Virus record (IMG/VR): IMGVR_UViG_3300047318_000482
Location: 1-64,000 of that record
Length of the DNA stretch: 64,000 nucleotides
Reading direction: 5' to 3' (one strand)
From: a virus
The position numbers were made by a program, and so were the translations under genes. Under the pieces are notes generated by a model. That model was given only the letters and a program-made list of their open reading frames with translations. It was not told the origin of the DNA and searched no databases. Positions 9,165-17,815 of this stretch are shown here, one piece after another. Numbering within the stretch: the first letter of the stretch is position 1; each line of letters begins with the position of its first letter.

Positions 9165-10289
9165 TCAGCGGGCGGTGGCCGCGCGCTTCTCCCGGTGCGC
9201 GACCAACAGGTCCGTCAGCTCGTCCAGGACTCGCTTCGGCATCTTGTGGATCAGGTACTGGGCGGCGCCGTGACTGTCCTCGTAGGGGAAGCGGATCCCA
9301 GGCAGCGTCGGCGGTTCCTCCGGCTCGTCGGAGGCCGAGGCGCGGCGGGGTTCGGGGACTGCCTCACCCTGACTGGATTGCGCTGCCGGGGCGGTCGGCT
9401 CCGCGAGGACGGCCGGCCCGGACGACTGCGCGGGTGGGGTGTATACCGCGGTATACCCCTCAGGAGCCGGAGCCGGGGTTGTGGCCGGGGCCGGGGCGGG
9501 CGAGGGGGGCGGGGTGTATACCGCGGTATACCCTTCCGCCTCCTCCGCAGCAGCAGGCTCTGACCGGACGGGCTCGGGCGGGGTGGGCTCGGGCACCGCC
9601 GTAATGCGGGGCGCTGGAGGACGTTCCTGGTCGGCCTTCCATGCCGGGTACTGCTGATCGGGCAACATCGCCGCGTAGCGGCGCATCTCCCGGAAAGCGG
9701 TCAGCTTGCCGTCCAGAACGAGCTGCACCATCTCGTCCGTCAGCCGCAGCAGGCCGATCCTCTGGCCGAACCACTGCTTCGACTTGCCCATGGCCTTGGC
9801 CGCGGACGACTGGTTCCCGTCGTGGAGGTCCAGCATGGCGCGCAGGCCGTTGGCCTCTTCGATGGGGTTGAAGTTCTCGCGCTGCACGTTCTCCGACAGA
9901 ACCGCGGACAGGAAACGGATCCGGGACTCTGTCAGATCGTGCCGCAGCAGCACGTCCAGAGTGTCCAGACCGACCACGAGGGCGGCCCGCCAGCGTCGCT
10001 CACCGGCCGCCATGACGTAGCGGCAGCCGTCGGGGAGCTGGTCGGCGTGCTCCGGGTAGAGCTTGAGGTAGGCGGCTTTGGCGACGGCGACGCAGGGCTG
10101 GAGCTGCCCGGAGCGCATGTCTTCGCCGAGCTCGGTGAGTCCGGCCTGGTCGAAGTCGAGGCGCGGGTTGAGGGGGGTGGGGGCGACGGTGTCGGGATGG
10201 ACGTGGACCAGGTCGGGTCGGCCTGCTCCGGGAACTGTCTCGACTTTGGCGCCGGCCAGCGAGGCGAGGGAGACGCGCTTGCCCGCCAT
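9165..10289 (-). CDS. parB: ParB/RepB/Spo0J partition protein
   Basis: PLNPR, GQLQP, AGERRWRAA, ENVQRENFNPIEEA, HTH NQSSAAKAMGKSKQW; downstream of parA. Confidence 0.93.
   Translation of the reverse strand: MAGKRVSLASLAGAKVETVPGAGRPDLVHVHPDTVAPTPLNPRLDFDQAGLTELGEDMRSGQLQPCVAVAKAAYLKLYPEHADQLPDGCRYVMAAGERRWRAALVVGLDTLDVLLRHDLTESRIRFLSAVLSENVQRENFNPIEEANGLRAMLDLHDGNQSSAAKAMGKSKQWFGQRIGLLRLTDEMVQLVLDGKLTAFREMRRYAAMLPDQQYPAWKADQERPPAPRITAVPEPTPPEPVRSEPAAAEEAEGYTAVYTPPPSPAPAPATTPAPAPEGYTAVYTPPAQSSGPAVLAEPTAPAAQSSQGEAVPEPRRASASDEPEEPPTLPGIRFPYEDSHGAAQYLIHKMPKRVLDELTDLLVAHREKRAATAR
9441..9531. repeat. Two copies of palindrome GTATACCGCGGTATAC (9441-9456, 9516-9531) inside parB; candidate parS
   Basis: Perfect 16-bp palindromes identical to the three upstream of parA. 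Confidence 0.75.
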
Positions 10290-10951
10290 CAGCGGCGACC
10301 TCCGTAACCACGCTCCAGGGCCAGACGGAAGTAGTCCTCGCGGGCGCGCAGCGTGGTCCCGTTGTCGGCGTACTGGGTGACGACCTTGCCTTCGGACGCC
10401 GCACGCGTGTGGATCTTGTATCGGCGGATGACGGTCTTGGCCCGCGGCCAGCCCATGGCGTCGATGTACGCGACGGTGTCGTCGAGGTCAGCACGACCGT
10501 CGCGGGGGTCCCAGGCGTTGATGACGACCGTGTACGGCAGCCCGCGGGGAACAATGACGCGCTCGATGGTCCGGGCGGTGGGGTCGAACGCCAGCGGCTC
10601 GGGCGGCATCGGCACCAGGACGTCGTCGGCGATGTCGAGGGCCGCGGCCAGGATGTGCTCGTTCTCGAGACTGCCGGGGGTGTCGATGAAGATGTGCTGC
10701 CGCTGGTCGTTGTCGCCGAGGACGTCGTGGGTGACGGCGGCGAGGTTGACGGCGGTCGTGGTCTTGCCGACGCCGCCCTTCTGGTTCGCAATGACGTGGA
10801 TCTGCGCGCCGAGGTTCTTCAGGCCGGCGAGGCTGTCGGGGTCTTCGTGCGCGGCCGCGAAGTCGAAGGGCAGGTTGTCGCCGACTCGGTCTGCCCACCA
10901 GATGGTGGATCCCTGTGGGTCGGTGGAGACGACGAGGACTGAGGAAGGCAT
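10289..10951 (-). CDS. parA: ParA-family ATPase (220 aa) with permuted motif order
   Basis: NQKGGVGKTT deviant Walker A, IFIDTPG Walker B; the VLVVSTDPQGS motif sits N-terminal to Walker A. Confidence 0.9.
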   Translation of the reverse strand: MPSSVLVVSTDPQGSTIWWADRVGDNLPFDFAAAHEDPDSLAGLKNLGAQIHVIANQKGGVGKTTTAVNLAAVTHDVLGDNDQRQHIFIDTPGSLENEHILAAALDIADDVLVPMPPEPLAFDPTARTIERVIVPRGLPYTVVINAWDPRDGRADLDDTVAYIDAMGWPRAKTVIRRYKIHTRAASEGKVVTQYADNGTTLRAREDYFRLALERGYGGRR

Positions 10952-11074
10952 GGTGCTCCGTTCCGTGTGCTTCCCGAGCGGTGCTCGGTACTCGGACGGG
11001 CCATAGCTTCTCAGATGGTCGGGGCCGGAGAGTGGATTGGGTGGGTTTCTGACGGGGCGTCGACGCGCTGAGGG

Positions 11075-11230
11075 GTATACCGCGGTATACACCAGAGGCT
11101 GCCGGACGGGATGGTCTGAGCCGGCGTCGAGGGCGGGGCGGATGTATACCGCGGTATACCCTCCCCGTCCGCCGCTCCGCCGGGAGCGGAGAACCGCTGG
11201 ACCGGGAGGCGGGTGTATACCGCGGTATAC
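11075..11230. repeat. Three copies of GTATACCGCGGTATAC (11075-11090, 11144-11159, 11215-11230); candidate parS/centromere and parAB operator
   Basis: Perfect palindromes about 70 bp apart, immediately upstream of parA. Confidence 0.8.
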
Positions 11231-11438
11231 ACAGACGGCCGTTGGCGCCCGACGCATCCGGCCTCAGCCCGCGATTATCACGGCGTGATATTTCCCGGGG
11301 CTTCGTCGTCCTCGAGCACGTCGTCGCCTGCGTACGGCTGGCCGTCCGGGTAGGCGGGTTCGCGGAACAGGTCCTCGGGCCGGTGCGAGGTGCGGGGCCG
11401 CGGGTAGGCGGTCGACTGCTTCACGCTGGTCGCTGGCA

Positions 11439-11711
11439 TCATGTGCTCCCGGGTTGGTCGGGGGCGATGAGGGGGACCAGGTTGTCGAGCATCGCCCGCT
11501 CCACCTCCGCCAGGTAGAAGTCGCGGGCTTCGCGGTCGCCGAGGTGCTGGTGGCCGAAGTACCAGTCTGCGGTGGCCGCCCAGCAGGTCCCGTCCATGGG
11601 GTGGTAGTCGCCGTGGAGGAGGCACATGCCGTTGATGGTGATGGTGGGGCGTTCGGGTGCGGCAGGCATGGCCAACGCGGTCTCCGTTCGTGCGGGGTGA
11701 TCAGGGATCAC
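11439..11711 (-). CDS. Hypothetical protein (90 aa)
   Basis: ORF with plausible codon usage. Confidence 0.5.
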   Translation of the reverse strand: MIPDHPARTETALAMPAAPERPTITINGMCLLHGDYHPMDGTCWAATADWYFGHQHLGDREARDFYLAEVERAMLDNLVPLIAPDQPGST

Positions 11712-11744
11712 GGTGCCGCAGATTCGGGGAGGTGTTCCCTCCGC

Positions 11745-12131
11745 TCAGTCGGGGAGCAGGCCGGTGAAGGACTCGGTGGCGATGAGGTGCTGAACGCGGT
11801 CCGTGAACCGGGTGCCGAACTCGGGGCCGATGCGGTGGGCGAGGGCGAGGAGTTCGGTGACGAGGGCCGCGGCGCCGTCCTCGTTCATCAGGTACAGGTT
11901 GCGGGCCCGGTCGGTGGTCTTGGCGATGCGTCCCTCGAGGAGCATGGCCAGGACGGGGTTGCCGTTGTGGGTCTCCGCCAGGGAGACGGTCGTGGCGTCG
12001 AGGATGACGGCGTTGGTGGTGTCGATGATGACGGAGTTGCGGTCGTGGGGTCCGCCGGGGCCGGCGATGTTGCCGCCGGTCTTGCAGGGGTCTCCGCTGA
12101 TGCGGCGTCCGGTCTTCTTGCGGCTGCTCAT
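11745..12131 (-). CDS. Hypothetical protein (128 aa)
   Basis: Start MSSRKKT overlaps upstream stop (ATGA). Confidence 0.65.
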   Translation of the reverse strand: MSSRKKTGRRISGDPCKTGGNIAGPGGPHDRNSVIIDTTNAVILDATTVSLAETHNGNPVLAMLLEGRIAKTTDRARNLYLMNEDGAAALVTELLALAHRIGPEFGTRFTDRVQHLIATESFTGLLPD

Positions 12132-13183
12132 GCGTCTTCCTTGCTGGGGGCGCGGTATCCGTAGCGGGCGCGGTCGCGGGAACACTCTTCGGCGGCGGCC
12201 GCGGCAATGACGTGCGGCCAGCGCGGGTTGTCTGGGGTGATGCCCTTGATCTGCCACGAGCAGGAGTACGTGTTGTCGCCCTTCCATTCGTGGTTGCGGA
12301 CGGGGATGCCGGCCGTGCAGTCCCACTGCGCCATCCAGTACGTGCGTGCGCGGCCGCGGGTGCGTCGGGTCTCCCACTGCTCAAGTTGGACGGTGACGTC
12401 GTGGGTGTCGCCTTCGGGCATTCGCACGACGGCGGGCATCTTCTCCGTCTCGGACACCTTCCGGTTCCTGCTGGGGCCGAGCAGATGGTCGCGGGGGTCG
12501 ATGCTGAAGCTGCCGTGCATCCACTTCGGGTCGTCCCGGTGGCGGCTGTCCCGCTTGGCCCACAGATTCCAGGAGAGACGGCCGTGGTAGATGCTGAACC
12601 CGGTCTCACGGGATTCCCAGCCGACGGGGTTGAGGCGCCGCTGCACCCACGTCCCGAAGCGCTCGCTGTGCACGAACAGCGCGCCGAGCGGGCCGAGGCC
12701 GATGTGGCCGGCCAGGACGTGCTCGCTGCCGGGGTTGCCGACCTTGAGATCCATGCCGATGGTGTGGGAGCGGCCGATGACCAGTTCGGCGCCAAGGCAT
12801 CCTTCGGGGCGGGCTGGCCAAGGTCCGGGCTCGTTGCTGGCGCGCGGGGTGATGCCGTGGCGGGCGAGCTGCTTGACCACGACCGGTGAGAGTCGGCGGG
12901 CGGTCGACGTGGGCCCGGTGTAGGACTGGCCAAGGTTCCACTGCTCGGGGTCCAGGTGGCCTTGCGGTTCGGGCCGCACACCGCAGCGGTCGCACGCCAC
13001 CCAGCGGGCGCGCCGTTGTTCCTCGGGCCCGTGCCTGGAGTCGTAGCCGTCAACGACGGGCCGGTGGCCGAGTGCCCGGCAGGTGAGCATCAGGCGGGGC
13101 AGGCTGGAGAGGTGGAAGCTGCGGTGAAGGAGGACGCGAGGGTCGTGGCGGTCTTTTGCTCGGTCGATGGTGAACCAGTGCAT
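12128..13183 (-). CDS. Hypothetical protein (351 aa), N-terminal C/H Zn-binding motif
   Basis: CRALGH...CDRCG; AGGAG RBS. Confidence 0.7.
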   Translation of the reverse strand: MHWFTIDRAKDRHDPRVLLHRSFHLSSLPRLMLTCRALGHRPVVDGYDSRHGPEEQRRARWVACDRCGVRPEPQGHLDPEQWNLGQSYTGPTSTARRLSPVVVKQLARHGITPRASNEPGPWPARPEGCLGAELVIGRSHTIGMDLKVGNPGSEHVLAGHIGLGPLGALFVHSERFGTWVQRRLNPVGWESRETGFSIYHGRLSWNLWAKRDSRHRDDPKWMHGSFSIDPRDHLLGPSRNRKVSETEKMPAVVRMPEGDTHDVTVQLEQWETRRTRGRARTYWMAQWDCTAGIPVRNHEWKGDNTYSCSWQIKGITPDNPRWPHVIAAAAAEECSRDRARYGYRAPSKEDA

Positions 13184-13254
13184 GACGTCTCCTGCGCGGT
13201 GGGGGCTTTACCGCGGTAAAGCGTCTCCCGGATCCGTTGGGTCGTTCCCTGCGC

Positions 13255-14055
13255 TCAGACGCGGTCGAAGGAGCGGCGCGGCTGGCCGGTGCCGGCGGCT
13301 TCGGCGCGCTTGCGGGCGATGGCTGCACGACGGGATGCATCGGTGGGGTGCGCGGCCGGGCCGGCGACGCGTTCGGCTTCTGCCACGGCTTCCGCGAATG
13401 CTGCCTCCGGCTCCCGGTTGGCGGGGAGGGTGGCGGCCCGGATCTGTCGCTCGCATGCGGCAGCGATGTCCGGGTCTTTGCAGGACCGGTCGGGCCGGTG
13501 GGTGAGGAGCTGGTGCCGGGGGGTCTGGAAGCCGGCGGAGGCGGTCTCCCGGGTACGGACCGGGCCGGGCTCCTGCGGTCGGGCCGGCTGGTCCTCGAGC
13601 TGGGATGTGGTCCGGTCGGGGGTGGCACCGACGGGCAGGATTTTCAGGGCGCGCACCGACGCCCCGCCGGGTGCCTGCTGGACGGTGGCGAGGACCTGCG
13701 CCTGGTAGAGGCGGAGTTGGGTGGCGTACGCGCTGGAGTGGGGTCGCAGGTGGAGCGTGCCGGTGTTGTGCTCGAGGCGGACCGCGGTCACGGCGTGGGC
13801 AAGGTCGGGGGCGATCGATGCCCACTGGTCGAGGATGCTTCCGCCGGTGGCGGGTGTCTCCCAGCCGTGGTCGGTCATCATGCCGGTGATGGCGGCGCCG
13901 AGGCCCAGGGGGTCGCGGCCTCCCCGGCGGATGGTGGTGCGACGGGTGGTCTTGTTCGTCTGCTGGGTGGGCCGGGTGCGGGCGGCGGCTTTGGCGGCGG
14001 CGAGGGCCGCTCGGGCGAGGTCGACACCGGATGAGGTGGGCTGCGGGGCGTTCAT
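13255..14055 (-). CDS. DciA/DUF721-family protein (helicase operator-like), 266 aa
   Basis: SGVDLARAAL.AA, RDPLGLG.AI..M..GW, LDQWASI, L.LRP.SSAYATQLRL typical of actinobacterial DUF721; coupled to rep. Confidence 0.8.
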   Translation of the reverse strand: MNAPQPTSSGVDLARAALAAAKAAARTRPTQQTNKTTRRTTIRRGGRDPLGLGAAITGMMTDHGWETPATGGSILDQWASIAPDLAHAVTAVRLEHNTGTLHLRPHSSAYATQLRLYQAQVLATVQQAPGGASVRALKILPVGATPDRTTSQLEDQPARPQEPGPVRTRETASAGFQTPRHQLLTHRPDRSCKDPDIAAACERQIRAATLPANREPEAAFAEAVAEAERVAGPAAHPTDASRRAAIARKRAEAAGTGQPRRSFDRV

Positions 14056-15380
14056 GACCATGCTCCCTGGCGGTCGAGGCGCGCATTCTGGTCGATGGCG
14101 AAGTCGACGAGGCGCTTGCCGTACAGGTCGAGGGCGTCGAGTTCGTCTTCGTCGAAGTGGGCGATGACCTCGGGCCAGATACTCCAGTCCATGCGGGCGC
14201 GGCGCCGGTCGTCGTCGGTGCGCTCCGGCTCCGGGTCGGGAGCAACCGTCCCGAACAGCACGGCGAGGGAGGCCTGGTCCGCCATCTCCCGGGCGACGGT
14301 GCTGTCCTCCCAGGCGACGGCCTGCGCCAGTTCCTGCTGCTGCCGGCTGTCCATGGCGATCCGGGCGCGGATGAATGCGACCGGGTTCTTGGGCCGCCAC
14401 CGCATCCCGGAGCACATGCCGTTGAGTTCGTCGGCGATACGCAGACCGTCCCAGCCTCGGTCCGTCCACGGGCGCAGCACGAACTCGAGGCGGCGTAGCG
14501 GCACCGTCTGGGTCCAGTTGACGAGGGCCCGCACCAGCCGGACCGTCTGGCCGGCCTTTTTGACGTCGACCGCGGTGCGGCGGCGCCCGTCGATCTGGCT
14601 GCTCTGGCGGGGGATCGGGTTCTTCGGCGGCCGAGCCTGCGAGGTGTAGTTACAACCACCCACTAGATCAACCTGACTCTCTTCCTTAACCACCGTTAGG
14701 GAAGGGGGCGCAAGGCCCTCGGAGGCGGGGTTGTCCACAGGCGGGTTATCCACAGGGTCCGGCTGCTTCCGGAGGTCCACGATGATCCGCGCGGTGTACC
14801 CGGAGCCGACGATCCGGTGGCCCATGGCGTGGTCGTAGACCGCGGGGATGACCGCGGCGTACACGGTGGCGGTGGCGGCGTATCCGCGCAGGCCGAGCAT
14901 GGGGCGCACGTTGGTGCGGGTGCCGTGCTGGACCCAGGCGAGGGCGCCGAGCTCACGGAGGTAGGACACGTGCCGCTTCACGGTGGCCTTGTCGATGCCG
15001 AGCCGGGCGGCGGTCTCGAGCAGGCAGTAGCGGGCGTGTCCGGTGTCGTAGTCCATGCGGGTGGCGAGGTCTTCGGCGACCTTCAGCGTGGTGGCGTTCG
15101 CGCGGCCGTGCAGGCCGGCTGCGATCAGCCATGAGACTGCGCGAAGCCACCGACGCGGGCCGGTCGCGCGCGACTTGGTGTGGGACACCTCCTGGCAGAC
15201 GCCGCGCACGAGACCGACTTGATCAGCACTGTAATCGATCAGGTGTTCGGTTTCGATGGTGGAGGCGTGCGTGTTTCTGGTGGAGTCAGGGCACTGGGTG
15301 TCGCCCGCACGAGGGGAGATAAGCCGCGAATCGCCCTGCGAGGGGATGCCAAGCTGACAAGAGGGGGTGCGCTGGGGCAC
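14052..15380 (-). CDS. Plasmid replication initiator (winged-HTH Rep), 442 aa
   Basis: HTH LLETAARLGIDKATVKRHVSYLRELGAL; internal DnaA boxes; adjacent to DciA and parAB. Confidence 0.7.
   Translation of the reverse strand: MPQRTPSCQLGIPSQGDSRLISPRAGDTQCPDSTRNTHASTIETEHLIDYSADQVGLVRGVCQEVSHTKSRATGPRRWLRAVSWLIAAGLHGRANATTLKVAEDLATRMDYDTGHARYCLLETAARLGIDKATVKRHVSYLRELGALAWVQHGTRTNVRPMLGLRGYAATATVYAAVIPAVYDHAMGHRIVGSGYTARIIVDLRKQPDPVDNPPVDNPASEGLAPPSLTVVKEESQVDLVGGCNYTSQARPPKNPIPRQSSQIDGRRRTAVDVKKAGQTVRLVRALVNWTQTVPLRRLEFVLRPWTDRGWDGLRIADELNGMCSGMRWRPKNPVAFIRARIAMDSRQQQELAQAVAWEDSTVAREMADQASLAVLFGTVAPDPEPERTDDDRRRARMDWSIWPEVIAHFDEDELDALDLYGKRLVDFAIDQNARLDRQGAWS
14641..14754. promoter_or_regulatory. 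Candidate intragenic origin: DnaA boxes TTGTCCACA (14731-14739) and TTATCCACA (14746-14754) next to an AT-richer tract
   Basis: Two consensus DnaA boxes in tandem within rep. Confidence 0.6.
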
Positions 15381-15476
15381 TATGTACCTGCCGTCCTGCG
15401 GACATGAAAAAGCCCGCTCGGTGGTGAAAGTGGTTCGTGAGGAACCTGAAGGTCGCTCCGGGAAACCGGGGCCTTA

Positions 15477-15572
15477 GCTCTGAGCGCCAACTCGGAGCCG
15501 TTGCACGAGGCCGCGCACGGTGCGCCAACACCAGCGGCCAGCGGTAGAGGAAGAAGCCCCCGCCAAGGGGCT
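15477..15572. ncRNA. Three tandem stem-loops with identical CGCCAA (plus) / UUGGCG (minus) loops in the rep leader; candidate antisense RNA and target
   Basis: GCTCTGAG-CGCCAA-CTCGGAGC; GGCCGC..GGTG-CGCCAA-CACC.GCGGCC; AGCCCC-CGCCAA-GGGGCT. Confidence 0.65.
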
Positions 15573-15596
15573 CAGGGACCTCCCGCTAGAAACTCG

Positions 15597-16325
15597 CTAC
15601 GTCACTCGATCTCCCTCAATGGGTGGGGTCTGTCCCACACGAATAACGCGCGGGTGGTCGATGGAGGTGCGGCGCTTCAGTTCCTGCGCCCATGCCTCGT
15701 CTGTGGCTCGCCGTGCGACCTCCCGGTCGATGGCGGCCATTTGGATAGCGTCAGCGGCTGACTCGCGTCGCTTTTCTGCGGCGTCCTGCAGCGCGACCAT
15801 GCGGTCATGCGCCTTCAGCAGGCCGGCCGGGAGGGTGATCGCTGTGTAGTGTCCGCGGATCCGGCCCAACTCCCAGGAGACACGCGCCCAGTTCTGCTCA
15901 CGCGCGGCCCGCTGAACGTGGCGTCGCATCGCCTCGAGAGCGCCCAGGTTGGTCGCGTCCTCGAAGGTCTGGCCCTCCAGCGCGATGTACCACAGGTTGC
16001 GGGCGCGGGTCTTGTCAGGCCGGTCGGGGCACAGAGCACGGAGCCGGTCGATCTCCGGAGTGAGGAGAGCCCGGATCTCCTTGGCCGTCGGGGCGGCAAG
16101 GTCTTCGAACTCCTGGTCTTCTGCAAGGGAGTACCAGTGTGTGTCGGGCTGGGCCCGGTCCAACCGCTCGTACTTTGTGCAAGCGGTGCGCACCGCGTAC
16201 TCGGCCTTGGCCTGCCACTCCTCACGGGAGGGCCAGGCGCGGTCGGTCACGCGACTGAGGGGGTAGTGGTGACAGGGCCCGTGTGCATCGGCGGTGTGAT
16301 GTTCACGCCGGAAATACGGGTCCAC
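15597..16325 (-). CDS. Hypothetical helical protein (start may be the GTG at 16250)
   Basis: Long ORF with weaker GC3 than its neighbours. Confidence 0.55.
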   Translation of the reverse strand: MDPYFRREHHTADAHGPCHHYPLSRVTDRAWPSREEWQAKAEYAVRTACTKYERLDRAQPDTHWYSLAEDQEFEDLAAPTAKEIRALLTPEIDRLRALCPDRPDKTRARNLWYIALEGQTFEDATNLGALEAMRRHVQRAAREQNWARVSWELGRIRGHYTAITLPAGLLKAHDRMVALQDAAEKRRESAADAIQMAAIDREVARRATDEAWAQELKRRTSIDHPRVIRVGQTPPIEGDRVT

Positions 16326-16601
16326 CTGTCTACGGGGTCGGGACCCCGGGTACTCTCTGCCATGTCAGCACCTTCGTAGCCGTTGAGTGTTGGCCTGCTG
16401 CAGAAGTCCTCGCAGACTGTCTGCCGCACCGGTCCCGCATCGATCCTGGTTACCAGCCAGGGGAGCGGGGCCGTTTTAATGCCCTGCCGCACTATCAGAC
16501 CTGAGTGGTCGTCTGGCGCTAGGCGCAGCCTACTCGTTGACGCTGCCATCTGTCCCCCCTCCCTGAACTTGTGTCGCACGTACGACAAATCACACCAACG
16601 G

Positions 16602-17021
16602 TCAGTGCTCGCGGCCGTCCTCACCGTCCGCCGGATGCCACTCCGGGAAGCGCTCCGCCACCGCCTGCGACCGCGCCACCAAAGGACCCATCGCGAGATG
16701 CCCCATCTCCGACAAGACCTTTTGCGCCGAGCGAAGTTCAGCACCCCGCAGCTTCGGCGCCTGATACAGCTCGTGGCCCATCCACCCCGTCGCGCACCCC
16801 CGGTCGAAGATCTCCTGGACGATCGCGGGATCTACGTCCGGCCACAGGTCCTTCGCCAGAGAGTGCGGCGTCGCCGCGGACCGGACCAGGCCGGCGGCCA
16901 GCAGTCCCGCGATGTACGCGCCGGTGCACATGACGCGACCGGTCAGCACCAGGTCCACGGTGGCCGTGTCGGTCCTGGCGCCTTCGTCGGACGAGGCAGG
17001 GGTGGCGGGAACGGTGGTCAT
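16602..17021 (-). CDS. Hypothetical protein (139 aa)
   Basis: ATGA-coupled to the second whiB. Confidence 0.6.
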   Translation of the reverse strand: MTTVPATPASSDEGARTDTATVDLVLTGRVMCTGAYIAGLLAAGLVRSAATPHSLAKDLWPDVDPAIVQEIFDRGCATGWMGHELYQAPKLRGAELRSAQKVLSEMGHLAMGPLVARSQAVAERFPEWHPADGEDGREH

Positions 17022-17815
17022 GCGGCAGCCTCCAACGGCGCAGACGGGAACAGCGGGCGTACATCAGCGATCCCGGCACACACCGCCGGAACCCCGGCAG
17101 GACCACTTCGGGGGCCGGACAGCTCGGCCTCCCACAAGGCGAGCTGGCCCGCCACATCGGTGAAGCGGTCCCGGCGCAGCCCCGGCACCCGACACCGAGC
17201 CTCCGGCTTCGGCGCCTCCAGCAGCCCCCGGGCCACCGCCGCCTCCAACAGCGCCTCCCGCGATGCACCCGCCGGCAGACCGAGCTGGGTCGTCAGACGC
17301 GAGCGCTGCCAGTTCGCCGTCCGCACATCCATCCCCGCCGCGGCCGCCACCGCCTCCGGCGTCCGGTGCGCCGCCAGTGCCCGCAACACCGCCAACTTCT
17401 GCGGCGTCCGCACCTGCCGGTCCTCCGCAGCCGCCACCACCTCATGACGATGCCTGACGAACGCGTTCAGCCGCTCCAAAGACCGCTGCCCGCCCAGGAC
17501 CCCGAACTCCTCCACCAGCCGGCCCTCCGCCGACACCGAGTTCGCATACGCCCGGCACTTTTCCAGTACCGGACACGCCTTACACACCCGCACCGCGGCG
17601 GCCTCCCGCTCCCGGCGTACCGTCTGGTCCTCACCGCCGTCCAGATCCGGCGGACACCACGCATCCACCGACAGCTCCGGGTCCCCGGCCGCCTTCGTCG
17701 GATCGTCGACGTCCGGCGCGCAGCCCCGGTACTTGTAGAAGCGGTGCTCGGTCCACGCCTGCCGCAGGCCGATCACATCGGTGCCCGTCATGGTGCTTGT
17801 CACGGTGCCCGTCAT
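17018..17815 (-). CDS. Divergent WhiB-like protein fused to a LuxR-like HTH
   Basis: YRGC...AAVRVCKACPVLEKC...GVLGG; then TPQKLAVLRALA...PEAVAAAAGMDVRTANWQRSRL..LG. Confidence 0.75.
   Translation of the reverse strand: MTGTVTSTMTGTDVIGLRQAWTEHRFYKYRGCAPDVDDPTKAAGDPELSVDAWCPPDLDGGEDQTVRREREAAAVRVCKACPVLEKCRAYANSVSAEGRLVEEFGVLGGQRSLERLNAFVRHRHEVVAAAEDRQVRTPQKLAVLRALAAHRTPEAVAAAAGMDVRTANWQRSRLTTQLGLPAGASREALLEAAVARGLLEAPKPEARCRVPGLRRDRFTDVAGQLALWEAELSGPRSGPAGVPAVCAGIADVRPLFPSAPLEAAA

Noticed and set aside
11075-11230. Regularly spaced repeats as a CRISPR array
   Set aside because: Repeats are only 16 bp perfect palindromes, no cas genes are present, and the par context explains them
16326-16600. 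Possible small ORF (MAASTSRL) upstream of the 15597 gene
   Set aside because: Has an RBS-like sequence but poor codon bias and overlaps the next gene; not supported
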